IMG/VR virus record: IMGVR_UViG_3300030108_003091
Coordinates: 7,562-71,561 of that record
Source: a virus
DNA: 64,000 nt
Direction: 5' to 3' (one strand)
A model generated the notes under the pieces. That model was given only the letters and a program-made list of their open reading frames with translations. It searched no databases and was not told the DNA's origin. The position numbers and the translations under genes are program-made. The stretch's first letter is position 1. Every line of letters begins with the position of its first letter. Positions 56,238 through 64,000 of this stretch are shown here, in pieces.

Positions 56238-56276
56238 ATAAAAGTGTTACTCTAACCGCAGCGATCGGAGACAGAT

Positions 56277-56711
56277 ATGGCAAATCTTTGGAACGTGATG
56301 GGTTACGCCTATCACAATAACGCATCGATTAGTGGAAACGCAGCACCCTTTGCCGTTACGCGTGATGCTACTAACTCTAAACTTTCAGCCGAGTTTCCGC
56401 GCAACTGCGAGATTGAATCAGTAGAAATATTTCTTACCTCGATTGCTGGTGGCGCTTCTGATGTCACAATGTATTTAGCGAGAGACTCGACTGGAGACGT
56501 TGCAATCACACCTGGAGGCACAACAGGGGCAACACAAACAATCACGTCAGGGTTTACCAGTAATACAGGCTCTGTGGTATTCGAAGTTGAGTCAGACTTT
56601 AACTTTGATGATAGCGTGACTAACGCTACAGCAGGTACACTTTACGTCGTACTTAGAACAGACGCAGGTACAGCTACCGCAGATGTTCGTGTGAACTGGC
56701 GAGGTATCTAA
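56277..56711 (+). CDS. Small beta-rich structural protein
   Basis: GGAG RBS; Thr/Ser/Gly-rich. Confidence 0.65.
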   Translation: MANLWNVMGYAYHNNASISGNAAPFAVTRDATNSKLSAEFPRNCEIESVEIFLTSIAGGASDVTMYLARDSTGDVAITPGGTTGATQTITSGFTSNTGSVVFEVESDFNFDDSVTNATAGTLYVVLRTDAGTATADVRVNWRGI

Positions 56712-58345
56712 TGAGCAACGGTTCAGTGTTTAGCAACAACATCAGAGTAGATGCTTCTGGAAACGCCACGATAACAGGCAACTTGACTGTTCAGGGCACA
56801 ACGACAACTATCTCTACAACAAATAGTGTCATAGCTGACAAACTTCTTGAGTTGGCAAACGGTGCTAGCGGGTCTGCTTCAGGTGATGCAGGTCTTGTTA
56901 TTGAGCGCGGTAGCGACACCAACGTATTTATTGGGTGGGACGAAAGCGAAGACAAAGTCACATTCGCTACAGGTTCGTTCACAGGCGCCAGCACAGGCGA
57001 TCTCTCGCTTACAGACGCTGCAATCAAAACAGGAGCAATCACAGCTTCTGGTGATATTTCAACGACCGGTGAAATCAAAACAGCGAAAGTCGCATTTACC
57101 GATGGCGACGATGCAATCACGATCGCAGATGGCGGCGGGATCACAGCAAACACCAGTCTGACTCTTGCTAGCGGCGCCACAGTTACCGCGATCAATGACG
57201 AAGACAATATGACGAGCAACAGTGCGACTGCGCTGGCTACGCAGCAAAGTATCAAAGCCTACGTTGATTCTCAGACGTCCGGTGCCGGTAATATGGACAA
57301 CTGGATTCTTGAGGACGACAGCGGGGATGAAGTCACAGTATCCAACGGCAAGGAAGTAAAGTTCATTGGTTCGGGTATCACGACCAACTGGACAGACACT
57401 GATAACGGTACTGATGCAGACCCATACGATCTGACATTTACTGTAGATGCAGACCAGACGGGTATCACTTCAGTATTGAACGCAAGTTTGGTGATCGGCC
57501 GTGACGCTGACAACGATATTGACTTTAGTACGGACAACAACATCATCTTCCGTGCTGCTGCTGCCGATCAGATTGTTCTGAAAGACGGTGTGCTTGAGCC
57601 TGTAACGGACGCAGATATTGATCTTGGGTCATCCAGCAAGCAGTTCAAGGACGGGCACTTTCACGGCACACTCGAAGCTGACGCGATCACCGTCAACGGT
57701 TCAGCCCTTGCTGCATCAGCTACGACGGACACTACAAACGCTTCCAACATTGGATCAGGAACGTTAAATGCATCACGCATGGCAGCGTCTCAAACGGCCA
57801 TTAACTCCGTTAAGAACACGTCTCTCGTAGTGGGTCGAGACGCAGACAACTTGATTGACTTTGCAACTGACAACGAAATCAAGCTTCGAGTTGCAGGTGC
57901 CGACACAGCAAAGATTACAAACGCAAATACTGGTGACGTTGTAATCGATGTCTTGACTGCCGATAAGAACTTCACCATTAAGGGTACAGACGATTCAAGT
58001 GCAATCACTGCTCTTGACATTGACATGGCTGCTGCAGGTGCCGCTACGTTCAATAGCACCGTAACTGCGACCAGGTTCATCATTGGTAGCGCGTCGGTTA
58101 GCGAAGCGAACCTTGAGATTTTGGACGGGGCTAACGTTACTACTACCGAGTTGAACTTGCTCGACGGTGGTACAAGCGTCGGTAGTTCGATTACAATCGC
58201 TGACTCAGATGGCTTTATCGTCAACGACGGCGGTACAATGAAGACCATCCCGGCATCAGACATCAAGACTTACGCTGGCGGTGGTGGTGGGTCAGTAACT
58301 GCTAATGACGCAAGTTTAATCTTGGCGACACGAATCTTTTCATAG
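56711..58345 (+). CDS. Tail fiber protein
   Basis: GNLTVQGTTTT, GL.IERG......GWDE, ATQQSIKAYVD, duplicated GRDADN.IDF.TDN, TTTELNLLDG. Confidence 0.8.
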   Translation: MSNGSVFSNNIRVDASGNATITGNLTVQGTTTTISTTNSVIADKLLELANGASGSASGDAGLVIERGSDTNVFIGWDESEDKVTFATGSFTGASTGDLSLTDAAIKTGAITASGDISTTGEIKTAKVAFTDGDDAITIADGGGITANTSLTLASGATVTAINDEDNMTSNSATALATQQSIKAYVDSQTSGAGNMDNWILEDDSGDEVTVSNGKEVKFIGSGITTNWTDTDNGTDADPYDLTFTVDADQTGITSVLNASLVIGRDADNDIDFSTDNNIIFRAAAADQIVLKDGVLEPVTDADIDLGSSSKQFKDGHFHGTLEADAITVNGSALAASATTDTTNASNIGSGTLNASRMAASQTAINSVKNTSLVVGRDADNLIDFATDNEIKLRVAGADTAKITNANTGDVVIDVLTADKNFTIKGTDDSSAITALDIDMAAAGAATFNSTVTATRFIIGSASVSEANLEILDGANVTTTELNLLDGGTSVGSSITIADSDGFIVNDGGTMKTIPASDIKTYAGGGGGSVTANDASLILATRIFS

Positions 58346-58354
58346 GAATATCAA

Positions 58355-58744
58355 ATGGCTACTTTTACACGCGAATGTTTGTCTCCTGGCGGGACTCAAG
58401 GTAATGGAATCGGAATCGTTGTTAACGGCACAACCGAAACCGACATTCACGAATGCAACGACAATGCAACGACGACCTACCATGAGGTTCATTTGTGGGC
58501 GACAAACATTGGAACCAGTGCTCATACATTGATTCTTTTAGTTGGCGGTGAGGATAATGCTGCCGCTGCTGTTGCTCAACAGAAAAACTTTATCATTCAG
58601 CCAAACGAAACGCTTTATGTCTCGCCTGGATTTACGCTTCGAGGCGTCAATGGCACACACGTTGAGATTCAAGCAAAGTTAGCTACAAACACGAATAATG
58701 AAGTCATTATTCATGGCCACGTAAACAAGATTGACCAGAGTTAG
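58355..58744 (+). CDS. Small structural protein; paralog of 4770..5204
   Basis: HEVHLWATN motif. Confidence 0.7.
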   Translation: MATFTRECLSPGGTQGNGIGIVVNGTTETDIHECNDNATTTYHEVHLWATNIGTSAHTLILLVGGEDNAAAAVAQQKNFIIQPNETLYVSPGFTLRGVNGTHVEIQAKLATNTNNEVIIHGHVNKIDQS

Positions 58745-58746
58745 TA

Positions 58747-59679
58747 ATGAGCATTGATCGTTCGCCAGGAAACTTTAGTCATACCAGTTTGGGTAGGAAC
58801 TGGCATGCTCGTAAAGGTTGGCGTCGATTTCATTTCAATGACTCCCGTTGTAGGCAACAAAATGACCAAGGCGTAACTGTAGGCAGTAATGCTGCTGTAC
58901 CTTGCACCGTAGACGAAACTTCTGGCAACACCGTTATTACGTTTTTAGGAACTCACAGTGGCGGTACTCTTTTTTCTATGGACGGTCTTGTCGCTGGAAT
59001 GCCACTGCTGACCGACGAAGGCAGTGTTCTTACATTCGACAAACCGTTTGTACTGAAAACAATGATTGAGTTGGTTTCAATAAGCGGAGATCATTCTGAT
59101 ACTAGTGGCGAAAATATGACTCAACCTCAAATAGTTATGGGGTTGACCATGGAAACAGGTGTCGATTTCGCAAACCTCTCATCGAGATATATTAGTTCTG
59201 GAGTAAGAATACGTGCCCGAAGCAGTCAAAGTGAACTTGTAAATCACTCATCTGACTTTTATACCGAGCAAACCCAAGACTCATCTAGCCCAAGCACTAA
59301 ATTTGGGAGTGCAAATCCTACGGGCACGACCACTCAAGGGTGCAGCCTTTTTATCAGCGAGTTTCAGATTGGCCCTGACTTGTCTACAACTACCAATAAC
59401 ACTCGATTATTTAGACAAGCATTTCAAACTTCAGGGAACAACTACGCGACACCTCAACTTCAAATCACAGACGTTGACACCTCAAATCACAACGGTTTTA
59501 ACAATGCCAATACTCCCGTCACGTTGTTCGCAGCAGTTCAGGATATTGAAACGAACACATTTGGATCTGAGGTTGGCGGAAATGAACCTGACAATACCCC
59601 CTGTGTTTTAACATGTCGGCTTTGGTACATGGTAGAAGCTGATTTTTATAACGGTTTTGGTGGGAGCGGATCAGTATGA
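58747..59679 (+). CDS. Putative fiber or receptor-binding protein; paralog of the next gene
   Basis: Shares GWR.F, G.PL, TF..PF.LKT..E..SI.GD and TCRL.Y.V...GGSG with 59676..60521. Confidence 0.65.
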   Translation: MSIDRSPGNFSHTSLGRNWHARKGWRRFHFNDSRCRQQNDQGVTVGSNAAVPCTVDETSGNTVITFLGTHSGGTLFSMDGLVAGMPLLTDEGSVLTFDKPFVLKTMIELVSISGDHSDTSGENMTQPQIVMGLTMETGVDFANLSSRYISSGVRIRARSSQSELVNHSSDFYTEQTQDSSSPSTKFGSANPTGTTTQGCSLFISEFQIGPDLSTTTNNTRLFRQAFQTSGNNYATPQLQITDVDTSNHNGFNNANTPVTLFAAVQDIETNTFGSEVGGNEPDNTPCVLTCRLWYMVEADFYNGFGGSGSV

Positions 59680-60521
59680 ATCGAGTACCAGGAAGTATCA
59701 CTAACCGTGGTGTTGGTATGCGGAGACGCAAACACTTGGGTTGGCGCAAGTTTGATTTGAAGGAACCCGGTATTCAAACATCAGATCCGCATAGTATGGT
59801 TGCGTCTGAAGCAACCACAAACGGAAACTCAGTTGTGACTCTAGCCACTACTGTTACTGAAAGTACTCACCACGGCATTTTGTTTAAGGTCTATGGTGTA
59901 CCCCTTACAAACAACTATGGAGATCCAATAACTTTCACCACACCGTTTTGCTTAAAAACACAGGTTGAGTTTATTTCCATAACTGGAGATTACTTCGGTA
60001 ACTCTGAACCAATACCTTGTTTTGGGTTGGGTATTGGTCAAAAGGATTCTGATTTTAATCTTACCGACAATCATTGGATTATGACCGGGCTTTTAGTCAA
60101 TAGTACTGCAGACCCGCCAGCGATGAGAATGTATAATACTAGATCGAGTGGTGACGTAGGTTTTACCTATAACCAGACATCCAGCACAAATCCGGCAAAC
60201 GCTTTGATGCACACAACATTTTATGTCGGTCCCGCAGTCGGATCAAACAGAGACGCTGAAAGTGTGTCTACGATAATGAATGCAACAAAGTTTTCTGGTG
60301 ACTCTTATGCGTATACGTCAGGAGCACAGGGCGCCAAGTACGATCATCATAACGATGCTTCAACGTTTGATTCTGATGGTCAGGTTTACTTGTATGCGTT
60401 TTTTGGTACTAAGAATGCTGCTTATGATTTTAGTAGTAGCGGTACGCCACCTGTTATTACTTGCAGGCTACGGTATTTAGTTACGTCCGATCCCGGTGGA
60501 TGGGGAGGCAGTGGAACATGA
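59676..60521 (+). CDS. Putative fiber or receptor-binding protein; paralog of the previous gene
   Basis: Same shared motifs; ATGA overlap. Confidence 0.65.
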   Translation: MNRVPGSITNRGVGMRRRKHLGWRKFDLKEPGIQTSDPHSMVASEATTNGNSVVTLATTVTESTHHGILFKVYGVPLTNNYGDPITFTTPFCLKTQVEFISITGDYFGNSEPIPCFGLGIGQKDSDFNLTDNHWIMTGLLVNSTADPPAMRMYNTRSSGDVGFTYNQTSSTNPANALMHTTFYVGPAVGSNRDAESVSTIMNATKFSGDSYAYTSGAQGAKYDHHNDASTFDSDGQVYLYAFFGTKNAAYDFSSSGTPPVITCRLRYLVTSDPGGWGGSGT

Positions 60522-60721
60522 CACCTGATGATATTAACAACTCTCAAACTCGGGCATATGTGTATGAAAGTGACTGTTCTTCCCTGCACGATGGCGTGGG
60601 TATAACTTGGACAGAAACTACTGTTAGTGCCAGAATAGAGCAATCGATTTGGGACCAAGCGTTAGCATCTGCCGATGACGCCCTTGTTTTGGTACAATGG
60701 CTCGAATCACTTAGACCTTAG
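60518..60721 (+). CDS. Small hypothetical protein
   Basis: ATGA overlap; GGAGG RBS. Confidence 0.55.
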   Translation: MTPDDINNSQTRAYVYESDCSSLHDGVGITWTETTVSARIEQSIWDQALASADDALVLVQWLESLRP

Positions 60722-60795
60722 AGGTAAGTCAAGTATTTACTACTTGAAACCAAACCAGTTAACACACATAATAGAGACACTCCAAGGAGCCGACG

Positions 60796-61191
60796 ATGGC
60801 CTTCAAAACTGCCGACTTTGATAGCACAATCTTGCCTTACAAGATTCTCCACGATGACGACGTAAGTACTGCTGCCGCAACTACTGCTACGATTCGTACT
60901 GATATGACAAATGGTGAATCTGGTCAGCTTCTCTCTGTTGATGTCAATAACAACAGCGGTAACCCGATTTACTTCAAGATGACGTTCACTGAAGAGGCGC
61001 CCGTTGTTGGTACTACAGAGGCGCAGCTTGTACTGAAGATACCTGCTACAACGGCGGTTCAATACACAATGCCGGAAGGAATCGACTTTACTAACCTGTG
61101 CATGTGGGCCGTAACCTCCGCAGCAAAGACAGGTACAAGCCCCGCACCTAACGGCAACGCTAAAGTACTTGCCACACTTATTACCTCGTAG
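60796..61191 (+). CDS. Beta-sandwich structural protein, paralog 1 of 4
   Basis: Y.K...P.....PEGI.F motif; AAGGAG RBS. Confidence 0.7.
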   Translation: MAFKTADFDSTILPYKILHDDDVSTAAATTATIRTDMTNGESGQLLSVDVNNNSGNPIYFKMTFTEEAPVVGTTEAQLVLKIPATTAVQYTMPEGIDFTNLCMWAVTSAAKTGTSPAPNGNAKVLATLITS

Positions 61192-61200
61192 GAGATTACA

Positions 61201-61575
61201 ATGTCTTTTTCTGCCGCCAGTATCGGTGACAATCTCGCTGATTTCCTTATTACAGACACGCTTGCCAACGCACAATCCGCAAACGCAAACGTTACCGGCA
61301 AGACTTCTGGTACATATTTCTGCGTCTATGCAGACAATACTTCTAGTCAGGTAGTTACTTTTGTTAAGGTTGTGGATAACTCCAGCGCTACACCCAATAG
61401 TACAGTCCCTGATTGGGTTTACTACTTCCCTGTAGGTAAAGCCGTTTCTTACACAATCGGTGCAGGTATCGCTTACTCATCTGGACTTTCGTTTTGGACA
61501 ACTTCTACGGTGGCAAGCGGTTCTGCTCAAACAGACCCCGCAGTAGACGTAACTGTCCGCATTCTCGCATCTTGA
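61201..61575 (+). CDS. Beta-sandwich structural protein, paralog 2 of 4
   Basis: DN...FVK..D...GI.Y..GLSFW. Confidence 0.7.
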   Translation: MSFSAASIGDNLADFLITDTLANAQSANANVTGKTSGTYFCVYADNTSSQVVTFVKVVDNSSATPNSTVPDWVYYFPVGKAVSYTIGAGIAYSSGLSFWTTSTVASGSAQTDPAVDVTVRILAS

Positions 61576-61582
61576 GGTTCAC

Positions 61583-61774
61583 GTGAAAGACTTTATCGAC
61601 AAACTTTTTTGTTCTCAAAAACGAGTTTCATGGCGTCGTCTTGCTGTGTTGGTACTTGGTACTGGACTTCTCGCAGGCGGCTTGCTGGAATCTGAACAGT
61701 GGCTCTACCTCTCATTGGCGTACATTGCGGGTGACTCTGCCGAAAAAGCTATGGCGGCAATCTCTAAGAAGTAA
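61583..61774 (+). CDS. Small two-TM membrane protein, holin-like
   Basis: S.RRL.V TM1, W..L..AYI.G TM2; GTG start with GAGG RBS. Confidence 0.65.
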   Translation: MKDFIDKLFCSQKRVSWRRLAVLVLGTGLLAGGLLESEQWLYLSLAYIAGDSAEKAMAAISKK

Positions 61775-61777
61775 TGT

Positions 61778-62158
61778 ATGGCACTATTCGTAACGGAGTT
61801 TGATCGTTCATTCAAACATCGAGTGGTTTACTCCGATGACTGCACAGCTACGATCAGCACCAACGTTGCTGGTGGTCCTTGTGTTCTGAAGTCAATCATT
61901 GTTGATAACATTGAAGGCTCGAACATTAACTGGGTACGCTGCGCTAACGGAACGTCTGCATCTTTAGGTTCAGACGAAGTACGGGTCAGTGTACCTTGCC
62001 CAAAGACAACAAAGAGAACGTTTAGCTTTCCTGAAGGTATACCCTTCGAAAACGGGCTTTCTTTTTGGTGTTCAGGTTCGAGCACGATTACTTCAGGCAC
62101 AGCGCCCAACACAACAATCCAAACGGGCAAAATCAAAGTCACGTTGGTCTTGGGGTAA
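61778..62158 (+). CDS. Beta-sandwich structural protein, paralog 3 of 4
   Basis: VDN...FPEGIPFENGLSFW. Confidence 0.7.
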   Translation: MALFVTEFDRSFKHRVVYSDDCTATISTNVAGGPCVLKSIIVDNIEGSNINWVRCANGTSASLGSDEVRVSVPCPKTTKRTFSFPEGIPFENGLSFWCSGSSTITSGTAPNTTIQTGKIKVTLVLG

Positions 62159-62161
62159 GCT

Positions 62162-62530
62162 ATGGCATTTTCTGCAAGTTCGACATTCAAACGACTGGTC
62201 AACAGTGTTTACGTTGACACAAACGTAGGTATCACAGCACAAACCAACATCACTGGTGCTGCTGCAACATTCTACGGCGCCGAAGTAGACAACCGAATGA
62301 ACCAAAGCAGGGCAGTTTTCCTGAAGCTGTATGACACTGGTTCAGCTTCAAACAACACCGACCCGACATTACTGTTATACGTGCCTCCAGGCGAGGTAGG
62401 TCGGTTTGTTTTTGCCGAGGGTGTTAGCTTTGCTACGGCCCTTACTTTACTGGTTACGACAACTGCAAGCACGTCCTCGTCGCCACGTAAGCCAGAAAAC
62501 AACGTAGCAGTAAGAGTTCTTGCGGTGTAA
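62162..62530 (+). CDS. Beta-sandwich structural protein, paralog 4 of 4
   Basis: VDN...FLKLYD...FAEGVSF..AL. Confidence 0.7.
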   Translation: MAFSASSTFKRLVNSVYVDTNVGITAQTNITGAAATFYGAEVDNRMNQSRAVFLKLYDTGSASNNTDPTLLLYVPPGEVGRFVFAEGVSFATALTLLVTTTASTSSSPRKPENNVAVRVLAV

Positions 62531-62532
62531 GG

Positions 62533-62928
62533 ATGGAAAAGATGGAACCTGTAACTTTGACAACGGTAACTGTTCTCGCGGCTTTGGGGGTGGGTTTTGG
62601 TGCTGGTTGGGGTCTCAAACCCGACGCAGGCGCCAAAGCGATTGAGGCGCAAACAGAAGCGATCAAAGAGTTGAATAACGGCAACGAAGCGTTGGTCACT
62701 AAAGTTCAAGAGGTAGCGGTCGAAGATGCTAAGAGGGAGTCCGTTATCGCTGATAAACTTACAGACATGCCACCACCTTGTATCAAGGAAGTGGGTGGAG
62801 ACCCCATGTCGCTTCAGTGTATGTGGGCATTGTGTATTCGTACTGGCGAAACAGATAAGCAACGATGTGAGCCGTCCAAGTTGACGGATAAGCTACTCGG
62901 GTCTTATAGTTGTACTGAACCTGAGTGA
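62533..62928 (+). CDS. Membrane-anchored coiled-coil protein, spanin-like
   Basis: N-terminal TM, coiled coil, Cys-rich C-terminus; lies in the lysis region. Confidence 0.5.
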   Translation: MEKMEPVTLTTVTVLAALGVGFGAGWGLKPDAGAKAIEAQTEAIKELNNGNEALVTKVQEVAVEDAKRESVIADKLTDMPPPCIKEVGGDPMSLQCMWALCIRTGETDKQRCEPSKLTDKLLGSYSCTEPE

Positions 62929-62939
62929 CGGGAGTTATC

Positions 62940-63242
62940 ATGGATTTTAAAGATATGGTGGTGCCTGGGATCACTCTGGTATTTGCTACTGGTATTGCAT
63001 TTGCGTCTTTTGAATCTGCTGCTCAAGATGTCGATGAACTTGGTACACGTGTCAGTGCGCTCGAAAACAAGAAAGCTGTAAGTGTAGGAAAGCAAGAAGT
63101 TGTTGACGTTAAAATCGAAGGTGTGGAAAAACGTCTTGATAAGATGGAAGAACTTATGGCTAAAATGCTTGAGGTCCAACAACGCCAAGCGATTAACCAA
63201 GCCAAGATTTGTGCCGCCACCAACGCCGATTGTAGTCAGTAA
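62940..63242 (+). CDS. Membrane-anchored coiled-coil protein, lysis accessory
   Basis: N-terminal hydrophobic helix followed by a coiled coil; GGAG RBS. Confidence 0.55.
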   Translation: MDFKDMVVPGITLVFATGIAFASFESAAQDVDELGTRVSALENKKAVSVGKQEVVDVKIEGVEKRLDKMEELMAKMLEVQQRQAINQAKICAATNADCSQ

Positions 63243-63243
63243 C

Positions 63244-63819
63244 ATGCGTCCATTTCTTTTAGACTATGTCGAATCTCTCGGTCACGCTGTATTTGAGTCA
63301 GGTGAGTACAACCTGAACATCATTGGTATCCGAAGCCGTGACCACCAAGCCAACAGCTTTGACGACCGCATTTGCGTCGTGTTTCGTGATGAGCAAGGCT
63401 GGATTACCCGTACATGGGAATGCACAACTGAGCCCGGTAAATACTGGCTGGAGAATCCCACTCGCGTTGAAGGAACTGCTATCCTTGTGCCTGGGCAATA
63501 CCGATCTGTTTGGAAGATCGATAAGCACCAGGGGAAGTACGATGCGCTCTGTCAGAGGAACGGTACGGTCAAAACTTACCGGGATAGCAATAAAGACGAC
63601 GTTGTTGACCTTGACGTACAGTCTATTACTGAAGGCTATTATGGAATCAATATCCACAAAGCGGGATCAGCGTCGACGCAAGTAGACAAGTGGTCTGCTG
63701 GTTGCCAAGTATTCAGTCATAGCAAAGACTTTGACGAGTTCATGTCGATTTGCTACGCAGCCCGAGAAAAGTGGGGCAACGCTTTCACGTACACTTTGAT
63801 TGACGAACCGGAGTTTTGA
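63244..63819 (+). CDS. Putative endolysin with an L,D-transpeptidase-like His/Cys catalytic motif
   Basis: LNIIGIR, FDD, TT.PG, GINIH.A...WSAGCQV; flanked by holin-like genes. Confidence 0.7.
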   Translation: MRPFLLDYVESLGHAVFESGEYNLNIIGIRSRDHQANSFDDRICVVFRDEQGWITRTWECTTEPGKYWLENPTRVEGTAILVPGQYRSVWKIDKHQGKYDALCQRNGTVKTYRDSNKDDVVDLDVQSITEGYYGINIHKAGSASTQVDKWSAGCQVFSHSKDFDEFMSICYAAREKWGNAFTYTLIDEPEF

Positions 63820-64000
63820 TGGAGGCCCTGATAGACACACTGCTATCAGGGGGTCACTTAGGCGTTTTTGCCGCGTTTCTGGTGTATCAGTTCATGGCTA
63901 TGCAAAAACGGCTTGATAAGCTAGTAGAAGGCTTCCAAGAGCAACTGGATGAGATCCGTAAAGAGTACGACTCACGCTCAGAGAAAATGCGTGAACGTTA
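63819..64000 (+). CDS. Holin-like protein (BhlA/UviB-type), 3'-truncated
   Basis: TGATG overlap; MEALIDTLLSGGHLGVFAAFLVYQF TM segment followed by a coiled coil. Confidence 0.55.
   Translation, partial: MEALIDTLLSGGHLGVFAAFLVYQFMAMQKRLDKLVEGFQEQLDEIRKEYDSRSEKMRER

Noticed and set aside
58747-62530. Diversity-generating retroelement or shufflon acting on the fiber paralogs
   Set aside because: No near-identical template/variable DNA repeat, reverse transcriptase or recombinase is present in the window; the paralogs are diverged throughout.
1-64000. Prophage or integration module; alternative genetic code
   Set aside because: No integrase, att site or host flanking genes were seen, and long ORFs tile the window under the standard code with all three stop codons in use.

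Overview
The window is about 64 kb of a tailed dsDNA bacteriophage with a podovirus-like (P22/T7-style) virion module. It is cut inside the polymerase gene on the left and inside a holin-like gene on the right. Order of modules: (1) replication, 1-7.9 kb: family A DNA polymerase, a Rad50/SbcC-like protein with degenerate ATPase motifs, a histone H1-like basic protein and a DUF927 helicase; (2) about 25 small leftward early genes, 9.4-17.6 kb, joined by a near-invariant 14-bp junction (GGAGGTGAGTGATG) and including a truncated beta-clamp-like gene; (3) a control region, 17.6-18.9 kb, with a mirror-symmetric TGTTACAC iteron cluster and a 95-bp alternating purine-pyrimidine tract; (4) a DUF932-like transcription unit; (5) an accessory block with YkgJ, FmdB and two DUF2589 genes; (6) a leftward terminase-portal-scaffold operon divergent from the capsid, tail, ejection and lysis operon. 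The most interesting candidates are the polymerase with His at the steric-gate Glu and Leu at the minor-groove Gln, the cassette-like early array, the origin/Z-DNA region, a structured leader RNA upstream of the helicase, and apparent avoidance of AATT and GAGCT. All calls come from motif recognition by eye; no searches or counts were run. No tRNA, rRNA, CRISPR array or integrase was seen.
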